Both the position numbers and the translations under genes were made by a program. The notes beneath the pieces are model-generated. The model searched no databases. It was not told where the DNA came from and saw nothing but the letters and a program-made list of their open reading frames with translations. A DNA stretch of 63,683 nt, counting the filler, from Octopus bimaculoides (Eukaryota): the NCBI RefSeq assembly GCF_001194135.2. It is 8 parts of 8 records of this genome, joined end to end, with 100 filler letters (N's around TTAATTAATTAA, not from the genome) between each part and the next. Parts side by side here need not be neighbours in the genome. Positions count along the whole stretch, not along the records: positions 1 to 30,028 come from NC_068985.1; 7 more parts are not named here. One strand, 5' to 3'. Positions 11,686 through 23,310 of the stretch are shown piece by piece (the first letter of the stretch is position 1; each line of letters begins with the position of its first letter).

Positions 11686-13058
11686 TACTCTTTTACTCTT
11701 TTATTTGTCTCAGTTATTTAACTGTGGCCATGCTGGAGCACCATCTTTAGTCGAATAAACTGACCCCAGAACTTATTCCTTGTAAACCTAGTACTTATTC
11801 AATCAGTCTCTTTGTTTTGCTGCACCGCTAAGTTATGGGGATGTAAACTCAGCAGCATCGGTTGTCAAGTGAAGGTGGGGTACAAACACAGACATACAAA
11901 TATACCCCCCCCACACACATATNNNNNNNNNNNNNNNNNNNNNNNNNNNNNNNNNNNNNNNNNNNNNNNNNNNNNNNNNNNNNNNNNNNNNNNNNNNNNN
12001 NNNNNNNNNNNNNNNNNNNNNNNNNNNNNNNNNNNNNNNNNNNNNNNNNNNNNNNNNNNNNNNNNNNNNNNNNNNNNNNNNNNNNNNNNNNNNNNNNNNN
12101 NNNNNNNNNNNNNNNNNNNNNNNNNNNNNNNNNNNNNNNNNNNNNNNNNNNNNNNNNNNNNNNNNNNNNNNNNNNNNNNNNNNNNNNNNNNNNNNNNNNN
12201 NNNNNNNNNNNNNNNNNNNNNNNNNNNNNNNNNNNNNNNNNNNNNNNNNNNNNNNNNNNNNNNNNNNNNNNNNNNNNNNNNNNNNNNNNNNNNNNNNNNN
12301 NNNNNNNNNNNNNNNNNNNNNNNNNNNNNNNNNNNNNNNNNNNNNNNNNNNNNNNNNNNNNNNNNNNNNNNNNNNNNNNNNNNNNNNNNNNNNNNNNNNN
12401 NNNNNNNNNNNNNNNNNNNNNNNNNNNNNNNNNNNNNNNNNNNNNNNNNNNNNNNNNNNNNNNNNNNNNNNNNNNNNNNNNNNNNNNNNNNNNNNNNNNN
12501 NNNNNNNNNNNNNNNNNNNNNNNNNNNNNNNNNNNNNNNNNNNNNNNNNNNNNNNNNNNNNNNNNNNNNNNNNNNNNNNNNNNNNNNNNNNNNNNNNNNN
12601 NNNNNNNNNNNNNNNNNNNNNNNNNNNNNNNNNNNNNNNNNNNNNNNNNNNNNNNNNNNNNNNNNNNNNNNNNNNNNNNNNNNNNNNNNNNNAAGTACCT
12701 ACTACACTCTCTGAGTGGTTGGCGTTAGGAAGGGCATCCAGCTGTAGAAACTCTGCCAAATTTAGATTGGAACCTGGTGTTGCCATCCGGTTTCACCAGT
12801 CCTCAGTCAAATCGCCCAACCCATGCTAGCATGGAAAGCGGACGTTAAACGATGATGATGATGATGATGATGATATATATATATATATATATATATACAA
12901 CAGGCTTCTAGTTTCTGTCTTCCAAATCCATTCACACAGCTTTGGTCAGTCTGAGGCTATAGAGGAAGACACTTGCCGAAGGTGCCACACAGTGGGACTG
13001 AACCTGGAACCATGTGGTTGGTAAGCAGGTTACTTACCACACAGCCACTCCTGCACCT
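11686..13058 (-). mobile_element. Family B SINE split by a gap and an RTE-tail insertion
   Basis: Tail at 11686-11915 and head at 12896-13058, same orientation. Confidence 0.6.
12693..12874 (+). mobile_element. RTE-tail copy
   Basis: Near-identical to the tail in 1-236; ends in (GAT)n. Confidence 0.85.
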
Positions 13059-13097
13059 ATATATATGTATATAATTGGTCAATAGTTCATAGTGAAG

Positions 13098-13395
13098 GTT
13101 CATAGTGGTTAGGGCATCAAGCTGTTCGATTCCCAGACTGGACTGCATGTTGGGTTCTTGAACAAGACACTTTATTTCTTGTTGCTCCAGTTCACTCATC
13201 AGTAGAAATGCGTTGTGGTGTCACTGGTGCCAAGCTGTATCAGCCTTTGCCTTTCCCTTGTATAACATTGGTGGCGTGGAGAGGAGAAGCTGGTTTTCCA
13301 TAAACAACCTTGCCAGGACTTGTGCCTCAGAGGTGAACTTTCTAGGTGCAATCCTATGGTTATTCGTGACTGAAGGGGGTCTTTACCCTTTACCA
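13098..13395 (+). mobile_element. Family C tRNA-derived SINE
   Basis: gtggttagggcatc..gttcgattccc head, ttcttgaacaagacac core; the body matches the reverse complement of 7186-7374. Confidence 0.7.
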
Positions 13396-13853
13396 GTTCA
13401 TATATCTGAAAAGAAGCACACTCTAAAACATTAGAGAAATAATACTAATAAGGTTGTTAGTTATGGCCAGTCAGAGAGTGGCTACTGGTTTTGCACCTAT
13501 AAAACTGTATAAGCAACTCATCAAATTCATTAGCCAGGAGTACATAACCTTTCTACAACTGGAGAGAGATATATGTCATGATCAATTAATTTTGTAAACA
13601 GATTGCACTTTTTGTTCTTTTTGTGTTTCTGGAATTTCTAACCAGTAGAATTTCATTCTGGAGATTTTTTTCATAAAATTAACTGACCATGACCTATTCC
13701 TCACTCCAATTGTATAGAGGTTATGTATTTCTGGATAATGAGTCTGATGAGTTGCCTATATGGCTTAAATGCTTTATGTGTGTAAAACCAGTTGTCTAGG
13801 CATACATGCATATTCTTTTCTACTCTAGGCACAATGCCTGAAATTTTGGGGTA

Positions 13854-14125
13854 GATCGTTGCTAGTGCCACTGGACTGGCTCCTGTGCAGGTGGCACATA
13901 AAATACACCATTTTGAGCGTGGCCGTTGCCAGTATCGCCTGACTGGCCTTTGTGCCGGTAGCACGTAAAAGCACCCACTACACTCTCGGAGTGGTTGGCG
14001 TTAGGAAGGGCATCCAGCTGTAGAAACTCTGCCAAATCAGATTGGAGCCTGGTGTAGCCATCTGGTTCACCAGTCCTCAGTGAAATCGTCCAACCCATGC
14101 TAGCATGGAAAGCAGACGTTAAACG
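13854..14125 (+). mobile_element. RTE-tail copy with two ~65-bp units, nested in a family-D SINE
   Basis: Matches ~9910-10180. Flanked by minus-strand D pieces at 13811-13851 and 14139-14214. Confidence 0.8.
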
Positions 14126-14898
14126 AAATAAATACATGCTAGTTGATTAGATCGACCCCCAGTACACAACTGTTACTTAATTTATTGACTCCGAAAGGAC
14201 GAGTGGCAAAACTGNNNNNNNNNNNNNNNNNNNNNNNNNNNNNNNNNNNNNNNNNNNNNNNNNNNNNNNNNNNNNNNNNNNNNNNNNNNNNNNNNNNNNN
14301 NNNNNNNNNNNNNNNNNNNNNNNNNNNNNNNNNNNNNNNNNNNNNNNNNNNNNNNNNNNNNNNNNNNNNNNNNNNNNNNNNNNNNNNNNNNNNNNNNNNN
14401 NNNNNNNNNNNNNNNNNNNNNNNNNNNNNNNNNNNNNNNNNNNNNNNNNNNNNNNNNNNNNNNNNNNNNNNNNNNNNNNNNNNNNNNNNNNNNNNNNNNN
14501 NNNNNNNNNNNNNNNNNNNNNNNNNNNNNNNNNNNNNNNNNNNNNNNNNNNNNNNNNNNNNNNNNNNNNNNNNNNNNNNNNNNNNNNNNNNNNNNNNNNN
14601 NNNNNNNNNNNNNNNNNNNNNNNNNNNNNNNNNNNNNNNNNNNNNNNNNNNNNNNNNNNNNNNNNNNNNNNNNNNNNNNNNNNNNNNNNNNNNNNNNNNN
14701 NNNNNNNNNNNNNNNNNNNNNNNNNNNNNNNNNNNNNNNNNNNNNNNNNNNNNNNNNNNNNNNNNNNNNNNNNNNNNNNNNNNNNNNNNNNNNNNNNNNN
14801 NNNNNNNNNNNNNNNNNNNNNNNNNNNNNNNNNNNNNNNATATATATATATATATATATATTCATATATATATATATATATATATATTCATATATACA

Positions 14899-15052
14899 CA
14901 ATGGGTTTCTTTCAGTTTCCGTCTACTAAATCCACTGACAATGCTTTGGTTGGCCCAAGGCTATAGTAGATGACAATTGCCCAAGGTGCCACACAGTAGG
15001 AATGAATCCAGAACCATGTGGTTGGGAAGCAAGCTTCTCTCCAGACAGCCAG
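14899..15052 (-). mobile_element. Family B SINE head
   Basis: ttcagtttccgtctactaaatccac...gcccaaggtgccac..gaaccatgtggttgggaagcaagc. Confidence 0.75.
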
Positions 15053-16472
15053 TTATGTGCTTATAGCTTCTTGTGGATTTTTGAAATGATCTGTAGAATC
15101 CAAGTTTGAGTTTGAAGTCAGACAGGCAAGGAATATAAATAAGTAATACTACAAAACATACGTGATGCTTTACCTGATTGGCACTTTTGATATCATCCCA
15201 CCTGAGACCACCCCTAGCTTTTTGTTTTTGATTCAAGCTTTGTGTGTTAAAGTTATCTAAATTAAAACCTTCGTTTTAAATTAAAACCTTTCATGTTAAT
15301 TTATGCTCCAAACAAAAGCTAAATAATGACAAGTTATTTTATTAAATTCTTCATTATTTTCAAAATTAATTGAAACACACAAAGCAGTGTACTTCATCAG
15401 AAATATGGTAACAGACTTTCCATTCCCATCTGTGATTGATAGAATGTGGATAATATTTAAAATATTGAATTAAAATTATTAATATATATATATATATATA
15501 ACATTAAGGTAGCAAATTGGTACAGTTATTAGAATATTAGATAGAAAGTTTTGCATTTGTGCTCTGAAACTGAATTCTACAAGGTCAACTTAAGTAATAA
15601 ACCAGAGCAGAGGACTGGATGGAACTGTTGAAGCATCAGAAAGATGCCTAGCAGTATCTCTTCTAGCTCATCGTTTTCTGACAGCAGTGCTCGCAAGGAC
15701 ATTAGTGTCAAGATGCATTGTCCCCTAGACAGTAGCTTTTCACTTGAATGACACTGGAGGGTAACATAGAGAGAAGAAACTTAAGTACATGAGAGGAAAT
15801 TGCTTATCATCTTTAGACAAACCTTGTTCAGGCCTGCGTATAATGTACAGATATATGTTCAACACTGATTGACTGAAGCCATTAAATGTATAAATGGTTT
15901 GAAGAGAAGAATTAAAAATTTTGAATTGGCCCACAGCACATATCAGGTACTTATTTTATCAACCTATATTTACTGAATGGTTAAGTTGTATTTTTTGATT
16001 CAGCACTAGTTTTAAATATGAATACAAGTGTAGCCCCCACCACACAAATATATGTGTTTACATATTATTATATATAAATCATTCAATCTACACTGTATTA
16101 AAATAAGAGCTACTAATAATTTCTTGTCATTGAGACATGTGGTTAGGCAGATTTTATACTGTACCTTGTGTCGCCAGGCAACCTTCGGGTTTTGTGCACA
16201 TGTTTGTTCTATTTGAAAATCAGAATGCTAGTACATGAGAAACCATGAGAAAAAAACGACAAGAAGGCTGATGCAAAAAGTAAAATGGGAAGACAAAGAG
16301 TGAATGAAAATGGAAAAAAAAAAAAAGGAAAGGAGAGAAAGAAAACTAGATTTATGTTTTTGACCATAGAAATCATAATTAAACTAGCTGGAGTAGAATA
16401 ATCCAATGGAGAGGAGTCCAAACTCATTGAGGCAGCTATTCAATCCAGAGAGGGTGGTGTTCTCCTTTCTGC

Positions 16473-17215
16473 CTAAAGAAATTTGTCTATATGCTTGTAT
16501 TGCTGAAAATTTTAGAACTGGAATTAAATAGTGTGATGGAATTCTTGGATCTAAAAAGAATTGCATTCTTTAAGCTACACATAAGTTACATCTCTTTGAT
16601 CAATTTTTATATGACAGATTATTTCTCCATGATTCTCCACTTGATTGTATGTAATGTGAAGTTGGTCTACAAGTCCTGTATGTAGCTAGGTATCTTAGAG
16701 GCTTTAATTTTTTAGATGTGCCGGAAACAAAGGGTAGTTTGCAACATGTCTTTTAAAATTGCCTTCATATAAACCAATGTAATTTTTCTTTTGAAATTTG
16801 TTGTCTTGAAGCATTTCTATGACTTCTGCTTCACAGATGATAGAGTTTATCATACATGCCTGGTCAAGTGGGCAAGCTTCAGGGTCTTGGCAGTTACAAC
16901 CAAGAGTAGACTCTTGGTACGGCTTACAAGTGACAATGTCCTTCATATTGATGTAGCAGCTGTATGATATTTTTAACAAGTGTCTATTAAAAATATTCCT
17001 GTATTTATGGTTTATTAGGAAATGCTTATCTAAAAGAGCTAGGAATTTCATGGTGGTGGCAGTGGAGTGAACCATTTTATTTTCCTTGGCCTGTTTTTAG
17101 TTTTCATATTTTTAATTGAAGGGTTGTAATATAACCTACCTTTGAAGCCACTGTTTGCTAGGGCATTGTTATAGTAGGGGGTGCATTGTTCTAGCTAGCA
17201 GACCTACATCTATGA
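16473..17215 (-). mobile_element. Penelope-like retroelement remnant (RT thumb, linker, GIY-YIG EN), Hydra-clade-like
   Basis: Minus-strand pieces: PYYNNALANSGFKGRLYY, RPRKIKWFTP, FLALLDKHF..KISYSC, CNCQDPEACPLDQAC, NYIGLYEGNFK, IKWRIMEK, SKRCNLC, LNSSSKIF..KHIDKFL*. Multiple lesions. Confidence 0.8.
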
Positions 17216-17721
17216 GAATTTAAGTTACCCATACTTTTCATAAATCTGAACATACAAAGACCATGTGATTTTTCTAAGCCTAGAAACTCATGTTATCAGA
17301 TACACATACATATCATATACATATGCAAACATATATTAGTACTTATGTAAATGTATTTCTCAATATACATATGGGTATACACGATATATGTTTATCTAAG
17401 TTATTACATGTGCTTAAATCTGAGTATATTAAGTGTTTAAATATATATATATATATATTTGAATGCAGATATATTCATGTTGTATTTATATGAGTTTTTG
17501 AATATATATATGTATATATATATTCAGATACTCACATAAATATTTACCACGTTAATGTATTTGTATTCAAATATGTGTACATTACATTTGCGCCTGTGTG
17601 TGTATATATATGTATATGTATGTATATATATGCATATATATATATATATGTATATATAATATATATGTATATGTATGTATATATGTATATATACATACAT
17701 ACATATGTATAAGTGTGCATA

Positions 17722-17759
<38 letters not shown>

Positions 17760-18576
17760 NNNNNNNNNNNNNNNNNNNNNNNNNNNNNNNNNNNNNNNNN
17801 NNNNNNNNNNNNNNNNNNNNNNNNNNNNNNNNNNNNNNNNNNNNNNNNNNNNNNNNNNNNNNNACATATATACACAAGTATATGTGGATGACTGCATATG
17901 TGTATGTACCTGTGTGTCTGAGAGAGAAAGAGCGCGGGAGAGAGAGAGAGAAAGAGCGCGGGAGAGAGAGAGAGAGAGAGAGAGAGAGTGTGTGTATGTT
18001 GCAGCTTTGTGTAAGTAATAGATATGTATAAATGAATGACAGCTTGTTTCCGAAGACAGCATCTGATACAATAGCCAAGCATTCAATGTCATGCATGTTT
18101 GGCCCTAGTAGATATCTTAGCCTCACAGAAATGTGCTGTACATACTCATAATTACAACAATCTTGTCTTTGGCTTCACGTCTTATATTCCATGGCTGTAG
18201 CTGCATCTCTGCTTCGAGAGATCAAACCCCTGATAACGTGACAAAAGACAGAGGAATGCAACTATGTTGTGTTTGTTGTTGTTGTGATTTGTTGATGTTG
18301 TTGTTAGTTGTGTTTTTGCAGTTATTGTTTTTGAAATGGGAAGCCAGAGGAAGATCCAAGTTGAAACAGAACAAAGCTAGGACAGGGACTTGTCCAAAAG
18401 ATGAGAGACAGCAGTAGAAGAATATATTGTGTGTGTGTGTGTGTATATACACACATATATATATATATATATATATAGATACATACATATACATACACGT
18501 ATACATACATATATAAATATAGACACACACACACACACATGTGTATATACACACACACACACACACATGTGTATAT

Positions 18577-18609
<33 letters not shown>

Positions 18610-18626
18610 CATATATATATATATAT

Positions 18627-18692
<66 letters not shown>

Positions 18693-18827
18693 NNNNNNNN
18701 NNNNNNNNNNNNNNNNNNNNNNNNNNNNNNNNNNNNNNNNNNNNNNNNNNTATATATACACACACACATGTATATGTACATATATAAGCTCATATATGTA
18801 GGCATAGTGGGAAGAGGTGGTTATGCA

Positions 18828-18866
<39 letters not shown>

Positions 18867-19042
18867 TTGAGAATTATGCTGAGTAAAAGAGGAAGGAAGA
18901 AGAGAAAAAAAAAACAATCGTAAGACCAATGAATGACAGAAAAGAATTCACACCAGAGCTTTGATGATATATATAAAGTTGTATGTATCATGAAATCCTA
19001 TCTATCAAAAGAGGCATAAACACTTCCATACAAATACATACA

Positions 19043-19190
19043 AAGGAACTTCTGCCTACCAAATTCACTCACAAGGCTTTGGTTGGCCCAGTGCTATAGC
19101 AGAAGACACTTGCTCAATGTGCCATGCAGTGGGGGTGAACCTGAGACCATGAGACTGAGAAACAAGCTTCTTATCCATATAGCCATGCTT
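19043..19190 (-). mobile_element. Family B SINE head
   Basis: ccaaattcactcacaaggctttggttggccc..agaagacacttgc. Confidence 0.7.
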
Positions 19191-19289
19191 GTTATATTAT
19201 GCATATCATGTTATGCATTATAAAATATATGTATTACATATTTATGTAAATATATATATAATGATATAATAATATATATATATATCTCA

Positions 19290-19470
19290 AAGGTGGTGGG
19301 CTGGCATAGTTGTTAGCATGCCAGACAAAATGCTTAGCTGCATTTTGTCTGACTTCATGTCCTGAGTTCAAATTCCACCAAGGCTGACTTTGTCTTTCAT
19401 CCTTTCAGAGTCAGTAAAATAAGTACCAGTTGAACTCTGCAGTTGATGTAATCAACTTACTCACTTCCCT
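19290..19470 (+). mobile_element. Family D tRNA-derived SINE, diverged
   Basis: ggtgggctggcatag..ctgagttcaaattcc..ctttcatcctttc..aataagtaccagt. Confidence 0.75.
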
Positions 19471-19791
19471 TTTCCAGTTTCTGTAACATATATATTTGCC
19501 CTTGGATGGGACAGCAGTCCAATACATGATTACTTGCTTTTGTCAGCTGAATGAACTGGAACGATGTGAAATGAAGTGTTTTGCTCAAGAACACAACACA
19601 TTGCCTGTTTTAGGAATCAAAACCACAATCCTATGATCATGAAACCAACATGCTTAATCAATAAGCTATGCACCTCCACTACACACACACATTATATCCA
19701 CATGTATATATATACACATATATATATATAGGTGTGTGTGTGTGTGTGTGCATATTTGTGCGAATAAACTATTATTATTATTATTATTATG

Positions 19792-20012
19792 AAGGCAGTG
19801 AGCTGGCAGAATAGTTTGCATGCTGGGCAAAATGCTTAGCAATATTTAATGTCTTCACATTCTGAGTTCAAATGCCGTTGAGGTTGACTTTGCCTTTCAT
19901 CCTTTCGAGGTCAATAAATACCAGTTTAAGTACCAATCCAATACTGGGGTTGATGTAATCAACTAGCCCTCTCCCCCAAATTTCAGGCCTTGTGCCTATA
20001 GTAGAAAGGATT
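19792..20012 (+). mobile_element. Family D SINE
   Basis: Same head and core; tail caggccttgtgcctatagtagaaagg. Confidence 0.8.
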
Positions 20013-20968
20013 ATTATTATTGTTGTTGTATCTTATAATAGAAGCAAGTATGAATCTGTGGTAAAGAATTTTATTTTGCACATATGTGTCTTGAGCTTGA
20101 TCACAATATTTGGCACCTTCGGCCAGAATCTTCTTCTATAGCCTTGAGTTGGTCAATACCTCATGAGTGAAAGGAGGTTGGCAATTTAATGATCACCTTC
20201 TTATCCTCCACTCTCCTCTCCCTTCATCTTTTCTCTTTATCTCACACTTGCTTATTGCCCAACTTTTCCCCCTCATTCAATTCTTCTTTTTGTCTATATA
20301 TATATATATACGCATTTATACACATGCACACACACATACACATGAATGTTTGTGCATATGCACACAGCTTTGTGGTTCACCAGATCCTGTCAAACTGCTT
20401 GCATGGAAAACGGATATCAAATGATGATGATGATGTGTGTGTGTGTGTCCACTTGTCTTTACATTGTTCAGATGTCTTCACAACTTATGCAGCAGTAAAG
20501 TTTGTTTATATCCTGCATGTACAATATATTCCTCATCAGAGCAGTTCAAGTCCTCGAAAAACAAGAGAGCATCTGCTTCAAACAGATGCCCAATATACTG
20601 CTGAGGACTTTCTTTAGCCCAATTGATTTTCCTGCAGCTTTTATGATAGTCATTACATAAATATCTCTTCTCAGTTAAATTCAAAGCAGAATCATGCCAT
20701 TTGACATTCTGTACAGACATGTGTCTCTTCAGATCACCAACGAAAAGAAAACAGTTATTGCATAAGGTGGGGACATGGATTCTTTCACGTGCTCAGGAAG
20801 ATTTATTATTAGTTATTTATTATTAGTTTACTTTAGTTCATGCTCCCTTGACTGGCTACGAAAATCCACCTCATACAGACGAACTCAGTTACAAATTACT
20901 ATTTGAAGAGATTATTGCTAAGAAGAGGTTTCCTTTCCTTTCATCTGGCAGCGATTTTATGTGTTTAA

Positions 20969-21674
20969 CCCTTTAACATTCAGATTACTCTGTCAAATGT
21001 AATGCTTATTTATTCACATTGGTGTGAAAAAATTCTGTATTATCTTGAAACTTTGAGATTTTGATGACGTGATTGATTACACTGTGTAACATGAGTTTTG
21101 TCCTTGGGTAGCAACTGTTATTTCCTATTTGCTTACTTCTAGAAAGCATGAAAAATGGCTAATATTTCCTTCAAATTTTGCTTTTGTTACATTTATTCAA
21201 ACCCCCAAAAATCCCTCTCAACATATGGCTATAATGCCCCTCACCTCATCCACAACTCCTGCTCATGATCAGAGATGTACTTTTCGTCAGCCATTAAGGG
21301 ACATGCTCAAGTGATTAAGGTCAAGCAATTGATAAAGCAAATCTGTGGTATTGAGCAGAATAATTGCTATAACAATATTTCTGCTTCAGCAACTCAGTGC
21401 TGAAATGTAATGGGAAATAGGTCTGTTTGTAAACATTGATGTCAAGTTCACAAAAGCAAAATTTGAAGGGAATAGCAGTCTTCTTTTGATTTCTAGATAG
21501 AAGTAAATAGGAAATAAAAACTTACTAACCAAAGAAAAAAAAAAAAAAATTGTTACACAGTGTTATTATTGAAATGACATAGTAGGGTAGGTGTGAGAAG
21601 CTGGATATGACTGGTTTGAACATAAAACAGATAGAATATTGGGGTCACATATTGCCAGTTTAAGTTTAAAAGGG
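20969..21674. mobile_element. TTAA-flanked non-autonomous element with CCCTTT..AAAGGG ends (piggyBac-like)
   Basis: TTAA at 20965-20968 and 21675-21678. Ends are shared with 33855-33956 and 37757-37900. Confidence 0.65.
21121..21514. mobile_element. TA-flanked MITE nested in the TTAA element
   Basis: ~65-bp imperfect TIRs (tttcctattt...ttcaaattttgcttttgt / acaaaagcaaaatttgaagg...aataggaaa) with TA on both sides. Confidence 0.65.
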
Positions 21675-21739
21675 TTAACGTGATTTTCTTCAAAATGTAT
21701 GGGGAAACTGGATGCTTTTCACCATGATATTATATCAAC

Positions 21740-21960
21740 TGCAATTATTTCCAATTTCACTCATGAAAATTACATTTTTTTCCAGATTAGATTCTAGATA
21801 GTCTTTGCATCTTAACTTTGGTTTGTATGGTGCCTCACTTCCCAGAGCATATTTCTCTGTGCAGTAGATGCCTGGAGAATATTTTCATCTGTTGTATGCA
21901 CCGTAACACCTGCTCTGCTCACCTCACCTTAACATCACTCTCTCATTGTCTCCAAACTAT
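21740..21960 (-). mobile_element. Old RTE-like LINE fragment
   Basis: Reads ..YALGSEAPYKPKLRCKDYLESNLEK, resembling the RTE G.R..G.PK.R.KD.LK motif. Confidence 0.35.
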
Positions 21961-22106
21961 ATACAAAATTTATTGAAGGCACTTTTGCTCAAGAACACTC
22001 ACCGTTTAACATGTTATATATATAATATCCATGTTTCACAACAAAACCGATAAAATGCACACTTTGAAAATAGGTACTTTTGTCTTAATATTTTAATATA
22101 ACATGT

Positions 22107-22322
22107 AAGGGGGTGAGCTGGCAGAATCATTAGAATGCTGGGTAAAATACTTAGCTGTATTTCATCAGTGTTTACATTCCGAGTTCAAATTCTCTTGAGG
22201 TTGACTTTGCCTTTCATCCTTTAGGGTCAGTAAATTAAGTAGCAGTTGAGTACTGGGGGTTGGTGTCATTGGCTTACTCTCTATCCCAAAATTGCTGGCC
22301 TTGTGCCAAAATGTGAAATTAA
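22107..22322 (+). mobile_element. Family D SINE
   Basis: ggtgagctggcagaatc..gagttcaaattc..gttgactttgcctttcatcc. Confidence 0.8.
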
Positions 22323-23105
22323 TATTATTATATAATGTTAGACAGTAGTAAAGTTTGCAATTTTTCACAAAGATACCTATGTCTTCTGTATTCTGTTTTT
22401 TGATTTTGTCACCATGGGTCTGCATTTTTGCTTAACAAGCTACCAGCATATTTGAAGGAAGATACATTTTTCTGTTTTAACATTCATCGCTGGTTTAGAG
22501 TATCTGAAGCTCTCCAGCACAAGACTAATTAAAGAGTGAGAGTTTTAACAAGGTTTATTGTGAGGCCTACTAGCATGCTGTCATATGCATGTATATTTAC
22601 TTATGCAATAATCACCATCACCATCACCATCATCATCATCATCATCATCATCATCATGTATAAGTGATGTCTATTTTTCCTTGTTGATTTGAATTATATG
22701 TCAGTCTGTCTTACAATATATTGCTGTTTGTCATAATCTTTTGTTATTGTTTTTGCTAAGCTCAACATTCTCATATCTTGCCTTATCACTTCTTTACATG
22801 TCTTCTGCAGTCTTCTTTTGCCACAGGTACTCTCATCTCCTTCACCTGGCATTCACTGTCCATTTCTATTAAATGTCTACCATTGTATGCCTTTATATAC
22901 ATATGTATTGCTTTTGCAACTCACTTGTACTCTGCTTTTCATTCTCTTCCCACACTCTCTGTCTCTCCACATATACTAACTTACATACATATCATACACA
23001 CACACACACACAAACACACACATAATACATACATACACATACATATTATATAAATGTAGATCTGTATACACATCTATGCACGTGCATATACATATGTGTG
23101 TGTAT

Positions 23106-23142
<37 letters not shown>

Positions 23143-23143
<1 letters not shown>

Positions 23144-23310
23144 GCACAGACGTGACTGTGTGGTTAAGAAGTTTGCTTTCCAACCAACCACTTAGTTTTT
23201 GCATTTGGTCTTACTGTGCAGCATTTTGGACAAGTGAATTTTACTGCAGTCCTGGGTCAACCAAAAGCTTATGAGTGAATTTGGCAGTCAAAACTGATAG
23301 AATCCCATTT
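23143..23310 (+). mobile_element. Family B SINE head, diverged
   Basis: gtgactgtgtggttaagaagtttgctttccaacca..ggacaagtg..tgagtgaatttggcag. Confidence 0.6.

Noticed and set aside
13734-13800. CTGATGA hammerhead-like string
   Set aside because: No correctly placed GAAA and no stem I pairing.
15740-15930. CR1-like RT remnant
   Set aside because: Resemblance too faint to support without a search.
16130-16200. Hammerhead search downstream of the Hydra-like PLE
   Set aside because: Both conserved cores would need several changes.
17140-17209. Apparent minus-strand exon (ctcatag|...aaag|gtagg)
   Set aside because: All three frames from that acceptor contain stops, and the peptide PYYNNALANSGFK belongs to the PLE remnant.
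21838-21870. Apparent 33-bp minus-strand exon
   Set aside because: Better explained as part of an old RTE fragment.
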